Below are positions 18,701 through 28,138 of a DNA stretch of 63,383 nt, one piece after another. Both the position numbers and the translations under genes were made by a program. How positions within the stretch are numbered: position 1 is the stretch's first letter; each line of letters starts with the position of its first letter. The notes beneath the pieces are model-generated. The model was not told the DNA's origin. It saw only the letters and a program-made list of their open reading frames with translations, and made no database searches. Source of the stretch: an uncultured Methanomicrobiales archaeon. GTDB taxonomy: Archaea > Halobacteriota > Methanomicrobia > Methanomicrobiales > JACTUA01. The stretch is from positions 1 to 63,383 of the forward strand of contig CAZKEV010000006.1 of the NCBI GenBank assembly GCA_964551875.1, read 5' to 3'.

Positions 18701-19951
18701 CTCGTCGTCACTACCTGCGGAATTCGTAACGGTGAGCTTCACCGTGTAGGTGCCGGCAGCAGGGTACACGTGGGACGGGTTCTGGACCGTTGCATCCAAC
18801 GTGCCGTCGTTCTCGAAGTCCCACGCGTACGTCAGGGGCGATGTCCCCATCGATTCATCGGTGAAGTGGACGATGAGCGGGGCGGTGCCGGTCAGGACAT
18901 CGGACGTAAAAGCTGCGGACGGGGGAACCGGTGCCGGGGTGACAGTGATGTAACCGTCCTTCACCTCGTCATCGGTTCCGCCGGCATTGGTCACCGTGAG
19001 CTTCACCGTGTAGGTGCCGGCCGTATCGTAGACATGAGACGGGTTCTGGGCTGTATCATCAGTCACGCCATCATTGTTAAAGTCCCAAGCCCACGACGTC
19101 GGGGAACCGGTCGATGCGTCAGTGAAATGCACGGTAAGCGGGGCGGTGCCGGAAGTCACATCCGAGGTAAAAGCCGCGACGGGTGCGACCGGGCCCGCGG
19201 AGCTGATGATCCGGATCTCGGAAACGTACTTCACCGAGAGGCCTGTTGTGGTCGGGTAATTCTCGCCGCCCTGGATGTAGTAATACCAGTACTCCGGTGC
19301 GGCAGCCTCGTGCCAGTCGTAGTTCCCGAACGCGTGGATTCCCCACGGGTTCACGCCGTCATCCGCGAACCAGACGAGGCGCATGCCGTCCGTGTAGCCG
19401 GTGTCGGGGTATTTGCCCGGGGTGGCCGGATCAAAGTCAAAATCGGTATACCATGTCAGGACCATCGGCCCCTCGCGGGAGGAGTACCCGTACACGTTCG
19501 CGTACGCGAAATCCTTGGTCATCCCGTCTGATGCGCGGACACGGAGCGTGTCGCCCGGGGACATTCCCCCGACGAGGTTGCAGAGGTCTTTAAAGTCTGT
19601 GCCCTTCGCAGCGCCCATGTCCTTTTCCTGGACATTGGTATCTTCGTCGGGGTTCCAGCGGAGCGCCTGTTCGGTTGCATCATCAGGGTCGTCCACAAAG
19701 ACCGGGCCCTGATGATAGTAATGGATCGTTCCGTCGCCGAGTACGGGCAGCGTATCCCGCATCTGCTGGTACGTCAGGGTCTGTTCGGCGAGGACGGTCG
19801 TCCCGTCGCTCGCGTATTTTACAACATGCACCTGGGTCGTTGCCGCCATCGCGGGTGCGATGAAGAGCGCAAGGCATATGATCAGGAGGAGGTATCCTCT
19901 GATTCCTATCGGGAACAGGGGGTGATTTATTGTTGTGTGTGCCATCGCCAT
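15767..19951 (-). CDS. ~1394-aa secreted protein: long SUOX-like domain, 2 PKD, DNRLRE-like domain, 2 PKD, FN3 + purple-acid-phosphatase metallophosphoesterase, PKD-like, C-terminal domain shared with the 1531-aa protein
   Basis: Start at 19951 after a GAGGAG RBS; signal peptide; phosphoesterase motifs DTQD, GDLVND, GNHD, FHYPPY, GHVH; VHFDLTSIPAGASIDSATLHL. Confidence 0.87.
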   Translation of the reverse strand: MAMAHTTINHPLFPIGIRGYLLLIICLALFIAPAMAATTQVHVVKYASDGTTVLAEQTLTYQQMRDTLPVLGDGTIHYYHQGPVFVDDPDDATEQALRWNPDEDTNVQEKDMGAAKGTDFKDLCNLVGGMSPGDTLRVRASDGMTKDFAYANVYGYSSREGPMVLTWYTDFDFDPATPGKYPDTGYTDGMRLVWFADDGVNPWGIHAFGNYDWHEAAAPEYWYYYIQGGENYPTTTGLSVKYVSEIRIISSAGPVAPVAAFTSDVTSGTAPLTVHFTDASTGSPTSWAWDFNNDGVTDDTAQNPSHVYDTAGTYTVKLTVTNAGGTDDEVKDGYITVTPAPVPPSAAFTSDVLTGTAPLIVHFTDESMGTSPLTYAWDFENDGTLDATVQNPSHVYPAAGTYTVKLTVTNSAGSDDEVKTGYITVQSSGGGVTTVTIPADADSLLMENSPDGNGDDIHDYLYVMSRAGMNRRTVVHFDLTSIPAGASIDSATLHLDIWSLVVGTGRTYDVHRVTESWVETLVTWRNIFGKNVLMPISSAATGTTANSWVVWDITSDVQAFTDGTPNYGWLVKDQTESQGTNYVKFYSSEYADATKRPYLEVTYTGGGGPPAPVASFTADTTSGYAPLTVQFTDASTGSPTSWAWDFGDGSTDTAQSPSHTFSTAGTCTVSLTATNEGGSSTETKIGLITVTEPPTPPAADFIADPMTGIAPLEVQFIDKSTGTTPLAYAWDFTNDGMVDSTEQFPSWIYTDPGTYTVSLTVTNIAGSDTETKTDLIEVRPVLTWGPYLTGASATGLTVNAKTARPTEMTVEYATDEYYSAHTAYDQTASDGVSTQLHQVSLAGLAPDTLYHYRVLYGARETGDLHFRTFPESGAFTFVMYSDTQDQLPTYSQLERHKLVADRIAEEPDVLFVLNSGDLVNDAASMDDWDRYFAAGKNMMAGLPVFPARGNHDDNGPNYVAAYGVPDYYSFDCGDGHFTILDSNDWAWPDFPTQSAWLEGDLQATEKPFRFVSFHYPPYSSDSKHFGGYENIRAEWEDEFYANNVLAVFNGHVHAYERFLVNHIHYFVSGTGGGPAYNLATPRAEGSQNSLEYALAYIKVTVDPVAKTATAEVIRVADVSADLKSITTVYPPGTVFETVVMSLNSPPVIDSITAPTEPTLVNTGITATAAFRDPSDTHTAVFDWGDGITSAGVVDEQTGSEISGSVTGTHAYTRPGFYTVSLTLTDSRDATATATSTQPVIVYDPESGFVAGAGAIRSPAGALAADPAATGPATLEFLARYPVLKKEPFKGVTAFQFPKGKIAFTSMSYDWLVIQKEAKKAFYQGSGKIKGEKTYGFLVSVIDGGSKPQQDLFRIRIWDKATGAVVYDTQPGAADTADPTTPLTLGGIAIEKLLK
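15822..16138. repeat. 317-bp direct repeat copy 2
   Basis: Identical to 10497..10813. Confidence 0.9.
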
Positions 19952-19958
19952 CTCCTCC

Positions 19959-21155
19959 TCACATATTGCTGTGGTGGTGAGTGACCACCAGTCTGACGTA
20001 GTCGGTCTCGATACGCGAGAAGAATACTTCATCCCCGGGAGTATTTTCAACCGCAAGAACTGTCACATTGCCTGAATTGACGTAGTTGGTGATGCCCGAG
20101 GAAATCTCTCCGGTCAGGGTAACTTCTTCGCCGCTTGGGGTGCTGTCGAGTTCCTGGAATCCCGAGCCATCCCAGATATAGAGGCTTGTTCCATTGGCAC
20201 TGCCGCCGGAATCATGCCAGCCTCTCCCGTTCCATGTGATGACCAATTTCTCAAGCTTATTGACAGGGCCATCCTTGTCTGTCGCCGTATCAATTGAGAA
20301 GTTGAACCTGTGCGCTGCATAGGAACCGGCACTAAAGTCGATCTGGAATGTTCCCTCGTCATCAGCGATGTTACTGGTTGAACCTAATGGATTACCCGGT
20401 ACGTCAATCGAACTAGGTGGATCCGAGCTCACCTCTCCCTTATACGCCCATCCCGTTGTATCACCGGTCGTGTTGAAGTCGTGCCGGTGCGGCGGGTAGA
20501 TCTTGAGCTGGTTCACGTACTTGACGGACAGTCCCTTTGCCGAGGGCCAGATGCTGCTGTAGTTGTACCGGTACCACGGTGCAAGGGAATCCCGCATTTC
20601 AACGAGCGTGAAGTTCAGGGAGTCCGCAACGCCGTAGGGGTCTGGCCGCGGGTTATAGAAGAACGAGCGGATACCTTCCGAATACCCGGGAACTGGTCCT
20701 GACACGCTGTCCCACCAGGCGAGGACGAGGTTCCCCTGGCCGCTCGCAGGTTCATAGATATTCGTGTAGTTGAAGTACCGGGTCATGCCGTCGCTTGCCT
20801 TCACGAAGATCTCATCCCCGGCAGACATACCGCCCACGAGGTCTGTCAGGTTGCGGACATACGTTCCGTTGTGCCCGTAGTAGAGGATCATGTTCTGCCC
20901 CGCCGTCCCGTAGGGATCAGCAGAGTTAAACGTTGGTCCCTGCATGTAGAGGGGGCCGTTGCTGTCGACGTTTAGGAATGACGACTGCATCTGGCTCCAC
21001 TCCCGTAATTCTGACCTTTCGGCAAACGAGTAGTTGTTTGCCGCGTACTTGATCACCGTGACATTCTCGCTCGCCGCAGATACCGGCGCGGCCAGTATCC
21101 CGCAGAGGACGAGAAGCAGGGTGAAAACAAGAAATCGTTGGCTCAGCCTGTTCAT
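19959..21155 (-). CDS. Secreted protein with a divergent long SUOX-like domain and a C-terminal beta-rich domain
   Basis: Signal peptide; NVTVIKYA, YMQGPTFN, NLTDLVGGM, VKASDG, LVLAWW, WPSAKGLSVKYVNQLKIY. Confidence 0.82.
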   Translation of the reverse strand: MNRLSQRFLVFTLLLVLCGILAAPVSAASENVTVIKYAANNYSFAERSELREWSQMQSSFLNVDSNGPLYMQGPTFNSADPYGTAGQNMILYYGHNGTYVRNLTDLVGGMSAGDEIFVKASDGMTRYFNYTNIYEPASGQGNLVLAWWDSVSGPVPGYSEGIRSFFYNPRPDPYGVADSLNFTLVEMRDSLAPWYRYNYSSIWPSAKGLSVKYVNQLKIYPPHRHDFNTTGDTTGWAYKGEVSSDPPSSIDVPGNPLGSTSNIADDEGTFQIDFSAGSYAAHRFNFSIDTATDKDGPVNKLEKLVITWNGRGWHDSGGSANGTSLYIWDGSGFQELDSTPSGEEVTLTGEISSGITNYVNSGNVTVLAVENTPGDEVFFSRIETDYVRLVVTHHHSNM

Positions 21156-21550
21156 ATGAAAACACCGAAGTACCGAACCAAATCGATGGATCGGTATTGG
21201 GTTCTGGTTTCACGATACGATAAACATTTTTATTTGAATTCTTTCATTAGTAAATTAGACTAAGTAAACTTTTTTGGAGACAGAATAAGATTTCAGGACA
21301 TCCTCAGGTTCGGGAAAAAGGACGAGCGATGTATGATTTTCCATAAACGCGGAAAGACGCAGCAACCCGGAACTCGATCCATTTATCATGTGCCGTTAAA
21401 AATGCAAGAAACGGGATATTCGGGTTCGTATTGAGAAAATTTCATCTCTTTCTTGCCGGATACCGAAATACGGGCAGGATATACAGGAAAAAAGAGGCAT
21501 CACCTTCCAGAGGGATTGATGCCCGGGGAAAAAAGGAGCGAGGGCCGTCC

Positions 21551-22930
21551 CTACCACCTCCGCGTTACCCGCAGGCAGAGGGTGGCTGCCCCGAGGGCAC
21601 CCAGGGCCGCCATCGCACCGAAGCCGGGGATGCCCGAGGGCTTCGTCTCTCCTGCCGCGGGTATGGCTCCGGTACTGCCGCCCGTCACCACCACCGCCCA
21701 CGTGCTGAACCGGTTCGTGGTAGCGGTGAGGGTCCGGGCGTTCGCGTCCACGGTGGTGGAGAGCACCGTCCACTTGCTGTCAGAGCGGTCGTACCGGGCC
21801 AGCGCCAGCTTCCGGGCATCATTCCCGGCCGCCTTCAGGTCGGCGTCGGAGTACCGGACGGTGACGGTGGCGTCCTTCGCGAGGAGCCCCATCACACCGT
21901 CCACGGAGAAGACCGTGGACGCGGCCTTCACGCCTTCGGGGAGCGGCGGCAGGTCGCCCCGGAAGGGCACCACCGAGACGGTGCCGCCGGAGAGGAACGC
22001 CCCTTGCGGGAACCGTACCGTGATCTCGCCGCCGGGGGTGGCCAGCGTTGCCGGGCTGTCAGGGGAGACCGCCACGCTGGCTTCAGCAAACGGCGGGATG
22101 TACTCCTCCTGCACGGTGAAGGAGTTACTATCCTCATCCAGCACAGTCCCGTCCTGGAGAGTCATGGTGGACTTCACTGTGTAGGTGCCGATGGGGAGCC
22201 CGGTAGTGATCCCGGTCTCGAACCGGACCGATTGGCTCGGGATCATCGCCCGGGAGAAGGGCTGGCTCGCTGCCGTTGCCACCGTGCGCCCCGCCGCATC
22301 TGTGACGGTCAGCCGGTTCACCGCCCCATAGTAGTGGTGGTTCCCGGTATTCTTCAGCACCGTAGAGACTGTGATGGGCTTCTGTGCCACCACCTCCCCC
22401 ACAGAGACCGAGGTGATCTCGCCGGTCTCGACCAGCTTGGTGCCTTCGACGGTGAGCATCACGGGCACCAGCACGGCAGTGGCAATGGCCGCCTGGCCGG
22501 TGCCAGAAGCCGCCGGGTGGATCAGGATCACGGCGTACTGCCCACCATCGCCCACGTCACGGGGTACCCTGATGGTGGCGGTGAACTCCCTCCGGTCACC
22601 AGGCTGGAGGCGGACCGTAGGCGACGGCACTGAGACGATGGATCGGGCGGAGTAGGGGCTGGTGTCCATGTCAGGCGTAAGCCCTGCGTAAGAACCTGCA
22701 TCCAGGGACTGGCCGAAGCCCAGGATCTCGATGGCGTATTCCGACGCCGCATCCTCCGGCTTGATGGAGATCGCCATCGGGAAGATATAATTCGTTCCGG
22801 GCTTCACGTCCATCATGATCTTGGCACCTTCCACCTTCAGGGCGGCAGCGGGAATAATCAGCGCGGCAATAAGTACCAATAAAATTGTGGTGATACCCAG
22901 ATGTGAAGAAGATACTTTGTTGCCAGTCAT
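21551..22930 (-). CDS. PGF-CTERM-anchored surface protein with Ig-like domains resembling DUF916/DUF3324 or pilus chaperones
   Basis: Signal peptide; VRLQPGDRREFTATIRVP, VLKNTGNHH; C-terminal GIPGFGAMAALGALGAATLCLRVTRRW (PGF, TM, basic tail). Confidence 0.8.
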   Translation of the reverse strand: MTGNKVSSSHLGITTILLVLIAALIIPAAALKVEGAKIMMDVKPGTNYIFPMAISIKPEDAASEYAIEILGFGQSLDAGSYAGLTPDMDTSPYSARSIVSVPSPTVRLQPGDRREFTATIRVPRDVGDGGQYAVILIHPAASGTGQAAIATAVLVPVMLTVEGTKLVETGEITSVSVGEVVAQKPITVSTVLKNTGNHHYYGAVNRLTVTDAAGRTVATAASQPFSRAMIPSQSVRFETGITTGLPIGTYTVKSTMTLQDGTVLDEDSNSFTVQEEYIPPFAEASVAVSPDSPATLATPGGEITVRFPQGAFLSGGTVSVVPFRGDLPPLPEGVKAASTVFSVDGVMGLLAKDATVTVRYSDADLKAAGNDARKLALARYDRSDSKWTVLSTTVDANARTLTATTNRFSTWAVVVTGGSTGAIPAAGETKPSGIPGFGAMAALGALGAATLCLRVTRRW

Positions 22931-22950
22931 CGAGCGTAATCCTCCATAGT

Positions 22951-22975
22951 GATTCTTTTTGGAAAAATAAAGAAT
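22951..22975 (-). terminator. Hairpin/T-tract between the 168-aa and 459-aa genes
   Basis: ATTCTTT-N10-AAAGAAT inverted repeat containing a TTTATTTTT run on the minus strand. Confidence 0.5.
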
Positions 22976-23020
22976 TATGATGGGAATCAGACGGATCCCT
23001 CCCGGTGAGCAATCCGCTGA

Positions 23021-23527
23021 TCAGTTTGCATTTGCCGTGAACGTGATAACTATTTGATAAACCCCGGCTGCATCACCAACTGAGATTACCTGCCTCACAT
23101 ATGCCGTTTTTGTAGTACCTGATGGAGCTGGAGCTGTCCCGGACATGAATGAAGGGTCAGGCAAATAAGTAGTTGGATTTGCTGCTTGTCCGAAATTGAA
23201 CTTCGCGGCGAGTTTTAGCCCAGTTCCATCTGCCACCGTGGTCATGTATCCGTTATTGGTTGCTTTTGCGTCGGTGGCAGTTACAGACCAGCTCGCAGAA
23301 TTCGTAGTAACATTAACAACAGACGATCCCGTTGCAGGAGTTCCGTTGAGCATAGTAGCGAAAGGTATCGCCGCAGGAGCAACCGATAAAGCCACAGTAG
23401 GTCCAATCGTCCCTGACACAGTGACGTTATCCATATCCGACGCCGCCGATACCGCTCCCGGGAGCACCAGGAGCACCAGCAGGGCTGCAAGGCCCGCTAA
23501 GAGCATCTTTCTCATCTTGCACCTCAC
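23021..23527 (-). CDS. 168-aa secreted pilin/WxL-like beta-sandwich protein (candidate fibre shaft subunit)
   Basis: Signal peptide; all-beta, Thr/Ala/Ser-rich; ends YQIVITFT; homologous to the C-terminus of 25296..27869; visibly lower GC. Confidence 0.8.
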   Translation of the reverse strand: MRCKMRKMLLAGLAALLVLLVLPGAVSAASDMDNVTVSGTIGPTVALSVAPAAIPFATMLNGTPATGSSVVNVTTNSASWSVTATDAKATNNGYMTTVADGTGLKLAAKFNFGQAANPTTYLPDPSFMSGTAPAPSGTTKTAYVRQVISVGDAAGVYQIVITFTANAN

Positions 23528-23528
23528 A

Positions 23529-23582
23529 CACCCTGCGCAACAGGGTGAACGGGAAAGACTTGAGGGGATGGTCTATAAAGGT
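23529..23582 (-). promoter_or_regulatory. Dedicated promoter (TTTATA at ~23574-23579) and 7-bp 5'UTR hairpin for the 168-aa gene
   Basis: Minus-strand CTTTATAG ~45 bp upstream of ATG; CACCCTG-CGCAA-CAGGGTG (23529-23547) next to a GAGGTG RBS. Confidence 0.55.
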
Positions 23583-23758
23583 TGCGAAACTTTTCTCAAA
23601 AGTTAATTAAACATAATTTACCTGCCGGAGAATGTGCGGCCTCCCCACATGCGCTTTGCCGGTGGTTTTTCCCCCTGCGTAAGGGTTCCTCGCAGATACG
23701 TGAACCGGGAGCTTTTATATCCTTGATGCCAGATCAGAGGGGTAGGCGCGGGCCTGCG

Positions 23759-24427
23759 CTACCGCGGGATCAGTTCACGGATGATCCCTGCTTCCGCCCG
23801 CATGAACCCGGCCTGCTCCCCGGATATGAGCCGGAACCGCTCGAAGAGGGTCACCCGGCTGGAGAAGACCTGGAGCTCGGCGCTGGCGGCCCGGTAATTC
23901 TTTCTCAGGATCAGCTTCTCTGTGATCTCCAGGTGGAGGGAGAGGAACCACTTCACCCACCCATCCACCGGGAGGGTCGCGATGTACCCCTGCAGTGCCT
24001 GGACCCGGGTCAGGGCACCGGGTTCCGACACGGTGATGTACTCGGGTTTCGTCTCCACGTCAGAGGTGGCGGCGTTTGAAACGGTGAGGATGACGGTATA
24101 GCTCCCGGGTCGGTGATATACGAAGGGCGGGTTCTGCGCGTCGCTATCCACAATCCCGTCCCCGTCCAGATCCCAGGCCCACGTCGTGGGGTTCCCGGGA
24201 GAGCGATCGGTGAACTGTACTGTCAGGGGGGCGTCGCCACTTCGGGGCGCGCCGGTGAAGTCCGCAGAAATGCCGGTGTCCGCAAGGATCGTACCCGAGA
24301 TGGTCAGGGACGCGCTCCCGTCCGCCGCTGGGGCGGATGGCGCAAGGGGGATAAGGAGAAGCAGGAGGATGGCGAGGAACTCCACTTTCCTGCCCGGTGT
24401 CCCGTACATAATTCTCTCCGTCATCAT
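23759..24427 (-). CDS. Secreted PKD protein with an N-terminal SLTISGT strand and a C-terminal helical (FIMAH-like) domain
   Basis: Signal peptide; [26 protein letters not shown]; amphipathic helical C-terminus. Confidence 0.78.
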   Translation of the reverse strand: MMTERIMYGTPGRKVEFLAILLLLLIPLAPSAPAADGSASLTISGTILADTGISADFTGAPRSGDAPLTVQFTDRSPGNPTTWAWDLDGDGIVDSDAQNPPFVYHRPGSYTVILTVSNAATSDVETKPEYITVSEPGALTRVQALQGYIATLPVDGWVKWFLSLHLEITEKLILRKNYRAASAELQVFSSRVTLFERFRLISGEQAGFMRAEAGIIRELIPR

Positions 24428-25284
24428 TGCACCGATGGCCGCACTTCCACGGCAGCGAGGATCGGGTTGTTACGTCCCGCTGGCTTATTTACGCCTGCCA
24501 GGGGCCGGAGCTGCAGGTCCAGGATCCCGTCGGCCACCGTCACGATGTGGACCTCGTCATCGGCCTTATAGCGGCCGCCGCTCGCGGTGAACGGCCGGTA
24601 GGCGGAGGTCATGACAGTATTTTCCAGTACGATGTCAAAGACCCGCCGGTTGTCGTTGTAGTTCGGCTCCACGTACTTCGTGGTGACCTGGAAGTTGCCG
24701 TTTCTCACGGTGAACCGGTACAGGAGCTGGCTGTTCGAGACGGTGCGCCACTCCTGGAAGAGGGGGTCGTCGAGGGTGTTCCCGATGGGCTGCTTGGTCC
24801 GGTCGGTGGAGGAGGATGTGATCCAGCCGTAACTCCCGCTGGAGTAGCGTTTATCCTGGAGCCAGAGAAGCCCCCCGGTGTCAGTATACGTCGTCTTCGG
24901 GGCGCCGCAGTTGAGCCGGTAGGAGACGCGGATGTACGCGGGCTTCACCTCCACGCTGGCCCCCTCATCGTTCTCCACCCTCAACGAGACGGTGTAGACC
25001 CCGGCCAGCTGGTAGGTGTGCCTCGGGTTTTGCTCGGTGGAAGTGGACCCGTCGCCGAAGTCCCAGGCCCATGATGCAGGACCTCCGGTCGAGAGATCGG
25101 TGAACTGCCCGGTGAGGGTTGCGAGACCGGAGGTGGGCGTGCCGCTGAACTCGGCGACGGGGCCCCCGGTCGCTACCACGGTCCCCGAGATGGTGAGGGT
25201 TGCGGAATCTCCGGCTGCCACACCCGCCACCAGCAGGAGGGCCCCCAGCAGGAGGGCGGCCGCAAAGAGGAAGGGAGTCCTCAT
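24424..25284 (-). CDS. Secreted PKD + malectin-like protein with an N-terminal TLTISGT strand
   Basis: PKD ([16 protein letters not shown]); malectin motifs [40 protein letters not shown]. Confidence 0.85.
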   Translation of the reverse strand: MRTPFLFAAALLLGALLLVAGVAAGDSATLTISGTVVATGGPVAEFSGTPTSGLATLTGQFTDLSTGGPASWAWDFGDGSTSTEQNPRHTYQLAGVYTVSLRVENDEGASVEVKPAYIRVSYRLNCGAPKTTYTDTGGLLWLQDKRYSSGSYGWITSSSTDRTKQPIGNTLDDPLFQEWRTVSNSQLLYRFTVRNGNFQVTTKYVEPNYNDNRRVFDIVLENTVMTSAYRPFTASGGRYKADDEVHIVTVADGILDLQLRPLAGVNKPAGRNNPILAAVEVRPSVQ

Positions 25285-25295
25285 CGCCGCAGCCC

Positions 25296-27869
25296 CTAAT
25301 CCGCGTATCCCGTGAAGGTGATCACGATCCGGTACACATGCGACGCGGTGAGGGCAGGGTCACCCGCCGCGATCACCTGCTTGAGGCCAATATCGTAGTC
25401 TCCAGAGCTGGTGCCGCTCTGCACCTCCTGGTCGGTCCCGGAGAGGGTGACGTAACTCCTGGTCCCGCTCTTCACCTGGATAGCATTGGTGAGGAACTCA
25501 CCTCCCGTCACGTAGGCGGGGTCGGCGTACTCGGCCATCTTACCCTCGGTGCCCGCGGGTTTCCCGCCATCCTTGGCGTCCTTCACCGAGACGTGCCAGG
25601 TGCTGGCAGTGGTGGTGACGGAGAGGTTCACGGAGGAGGTATTCTCGTTGTCACCAGGCACGAGATCCCAGCCAGAGATGCCACCTGTAGTGTCGATGGA
25701 GATGGTGGGCGTGGTATAGGTGACCACGTAGGCTGCCTTGGTCTCGGAATCGGACCCGGCAGCATTGGTGGCCGTCAGGCCCACGGTGTAGCTGCTGGTG
25801 CCCGTGTAGGTGTGAACGGGATTGCGATCGGCGGAGGTCCCCCCGTCCCCGAACGTCCAAGACCAGGAGGTGGGGGTGTTGGTGGAGGTGTCGGTGAAGT
25901 ACACCGTCAGCGGGGCCGTGCCGGTGATGCTCCCCACCGGCTGGGACATGGTGACGATGTCGTCCAGATAGGCGGTGATATCCCTCGGATTTGAACCTCC
26001 CCGGTTCACTTCAAACCGGATGGTGTGGGGTCCGGAATAGGAGGAGGTATCTACGGTGTCTTGGGTCCAGATGCTCGTGGAACCGGTGTAGCTCTTTTTC
26101 TCGGCGCCATCAATCTTCACCTTGAGGTTCCCGGTGGTGGAGGCGGGGATGTGGTAGGAATAGGAGAGCTGGCTCACCGAACTCAGGTTCACGCTCTGTT
26201 CAAGGAAGCTCTGATCATTCGTATTGTCCGCGGCCAGGCTCGCTGCATAGGTGCCGGTATGTTTCTGGGTGGTTTGAACGGAAGCCGAACCAGTGGAAGT
26301 CCATCCCGAAAGGGTCCCGGTCTCGAATCCCCCGTTCGCAGTCGTGTTCACCCGGCCGTAGAAATTCGCCACCGGCACCGAGCCAACCGTGATATAGTTC
26401 GTTTTCGTCTCGACGTCGCTTCCCGCGGCATTCGTAGCCGTGAGCTTCACGGTGTAGGTACCGGGTGATGAGTAGGTGTAAGAGGGATTCCTCACAGTAC
26501 TGTCCGTGGTCCCGTTGTTATCGAAGTCCCAGGCCCAGGACCGGCCCGAGGGGTTTTCCATCTTGGTTGAGAGATCGGCGAACTGGATGGTCAGGGGCGC
26601 AGGGCCGGAGGTGCCGGACGTCAGGGCATCGATATTGTCCAGGTATGCCGTCGTTATTGAACCGGCCTGGTCAAAGGTACAGACGGCCTGGAAGGTGAGG
26701 GTGTGGGTCCCGGTATATCCCGAGACATCGATGACGTCGACCGTAGCTGTTCCCCCTGCATCATTCACATAAGCAACCCCCTCGCCGTCAATCAGGACCT
26801 CGAAATACCGCTCCTGGCCGGAAAAGACCTTTCTCCAGAACCTGAGGGTGGAGACACCGGTCAGGTCCACCTGCTGGGAAATATTCGCAGGCTGGTTCAG
26901 CCTGCCGACCAGTTTGGCCCCGTATGTACCCGATTCCTTGGTTGTCGTCGAGGTTACATCGCCCATGGCTGTCCACCCGGAGGGGAAGGGTAAGGTTTCA
27001 AAGCCTCCGTTCACGATCCTGTCGGTTTTGATCTGGGCCGAGAAATCCGCGACAGGAGCTGGCTGAGCTTCGGTGGTGAACATGTCAATCCACCGGACGT
27101 TCTTGATAGTATAACCCCCGCCGGAGGGATAGAAGATCCCGCCCGACACGTAGTAATAGTAATTGCTGGGAGGCAGGCCCTCGTACATGTCCCCGAGACC
27201 TGACACATGCTTGCCCCAGGGGTTCCGGGAGGTATCGCCAAAGAACGTCGCCCGCATCCCGGTCGGGTAATCCGGGCCGGTGTAGCCGCTGGTGAGACCG
27301 CTCTCGCCGGCATCCACCGACCACCAGGTGATCACGTACGGCCCCAGACCCGCTGTGGGCGTGTAAATGGCCGAGTAGGGAAGCTCTTTGTAGAAGTTGT
27401 CCACGGCTGTTACGCGGACCTTCCGGCCCGAAGGAAGCCCTCCCAGCAGGTTGCAGAGGTCCCTGACATCCGTCCCCTTGAGCTTGCCCAGGTTCTTCCC
27501 GAGTACGTTGCACTCCTCCATCTGGACATACGCGCCGAGCGTCGTGTTCCAGACCCGGTCCCACTTCTCCTGACTTTTATTCCACTCCCCTCCCTGATAC
27601 ACATACCGGCCAGCATAGGTATCGTTCCACTCGTTCGGGAAGATCGGCCCCTGGAAGTAGTAGTAGGTGCTCCCATCTCCCTGGACTGGCAGGGTAGCCT
27701 CCATCTGCTGGTAGGTGAGGGTTGTCTCGTTGATGGGGGTGAGGCCGTCCGTTGACAGACGCCGGACGGTCACCTCCGTCGTGTAGACTGCCGTTCCGGG
27801 GACCACCAGGAACGAGAGGATGCACAGGGAGAGGAGGAGAAGGGCGAAGTGATGTCTTGTTTTTTTCAT
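25296..27869 (-). CDS. ~857-aa secreted protein: long SUOX-like domain, two PKD domains each with a nested CBM-like jelly roll, C-terminal pilin-like domain
   Basis: Start [13 protein letters not shown] (27869); [31 protein letters not shown]; NGGFET motifs; ends [12 protein letters not shown]. Confidence 0.85.
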   Translation of the reverse strand: MKKTRHHFALLLLSLCILSFLVVPGTAVYTTEVTVRRLSTDGLTPINETTLTYQQMEATLPVQGDGSTYYYFQGPIFPNEWNDTYAGRYVYQGGEWNKSQEKWDRVWNTTLGAYVQMEECNVLGKNLGKLKGTDVRDLCNLLGGLPSGRKVRVTAVDNFYKELPYSAIYTPTAGLGPYVITWWSVDAGESGLTSGYTGPDYPTGMRATFFGDTSRNPWGKHVSGLGDMYEGLPPSNYYYYVSGGIFYPSGGGYTIKNVRWIDMFTTEAQPAPVADFSAQIKTDRIVNGGFETLPFPSGWTAMGDVTSTTTKESGTYGAKLVGRLNQPANISQQVDLTGVSTLRFWRKVFSGQERYFEVLIDGEGVAYVNDAGGTATVDVIDVSGYTGTHTLTFQAVCTFDQAGSITTAYLDNIDALTSGTSGPAPLTIQFADLSTKMENPSGRSWAWDFDNNGTTDSTVRNPSYTYSSPGTYTVKLTATNAAGSDVETKTNYITVGSVPVANFYGRVNTTANGGFETGTLSGWTSTGSASVQTTQKHTGTYAASLAADNTNDQSFLEQSVNLSSVSQLSYSYHIPASTTGNLKVKIDGAEKKSYTGSTSIWTQDTVDTSSYSGPHTIRFEVNRGGSNPRDITAYLDDIVTMSQPVGSITGTAPLTVYFTDTSTNTPTSWSWTFGDGGTSADRNPVHTYTGTSSYTVGLTATNAAGSDSETKAAYVVTYTTPTISIDTTGGISGWDLVPGDNENTSSVNLSVTTTASTWHVSVKDAKDGGKPAGTEGKMAEYADPAYVTGGEFLTNAIQVKSGTRSYVTLSGTDQEVQSGTSSGDYDIGLKQVIAAGDPALTASHVYRIVITFTGYAD

Positions 27870-28138
27870 GGCGCCGGGTACACCTCCCGTCAGGCCCCAC
27901 GGGCCGTGTAATCGCCGCTGCATCGGGGAGCGGCGGCGACGGCAATGCCTGTTACCATTGATCGTAACCACGGGAGATATAGGTTTTGATTTAATCCATT
28001 CATGTTGTTCAGTAAATACATTTACCTCCGGTTTCCTCCCTGTGAATGGGGGAGCACGTATCGCGATATGACAAAAAATGGGAAGGTGGGTGTATCGGAA
28101 GGGCCGTCACCCCTCCCCCCGTTTCATGCCTCTGCCCC

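Noticed and set aside
18690-19060. Short nucleotide repeats among PKD-coding segments (also 13660, 25860, 28795)
   Set aside because: Explained by paralogous PKD domains; noted only as possible recombination points.
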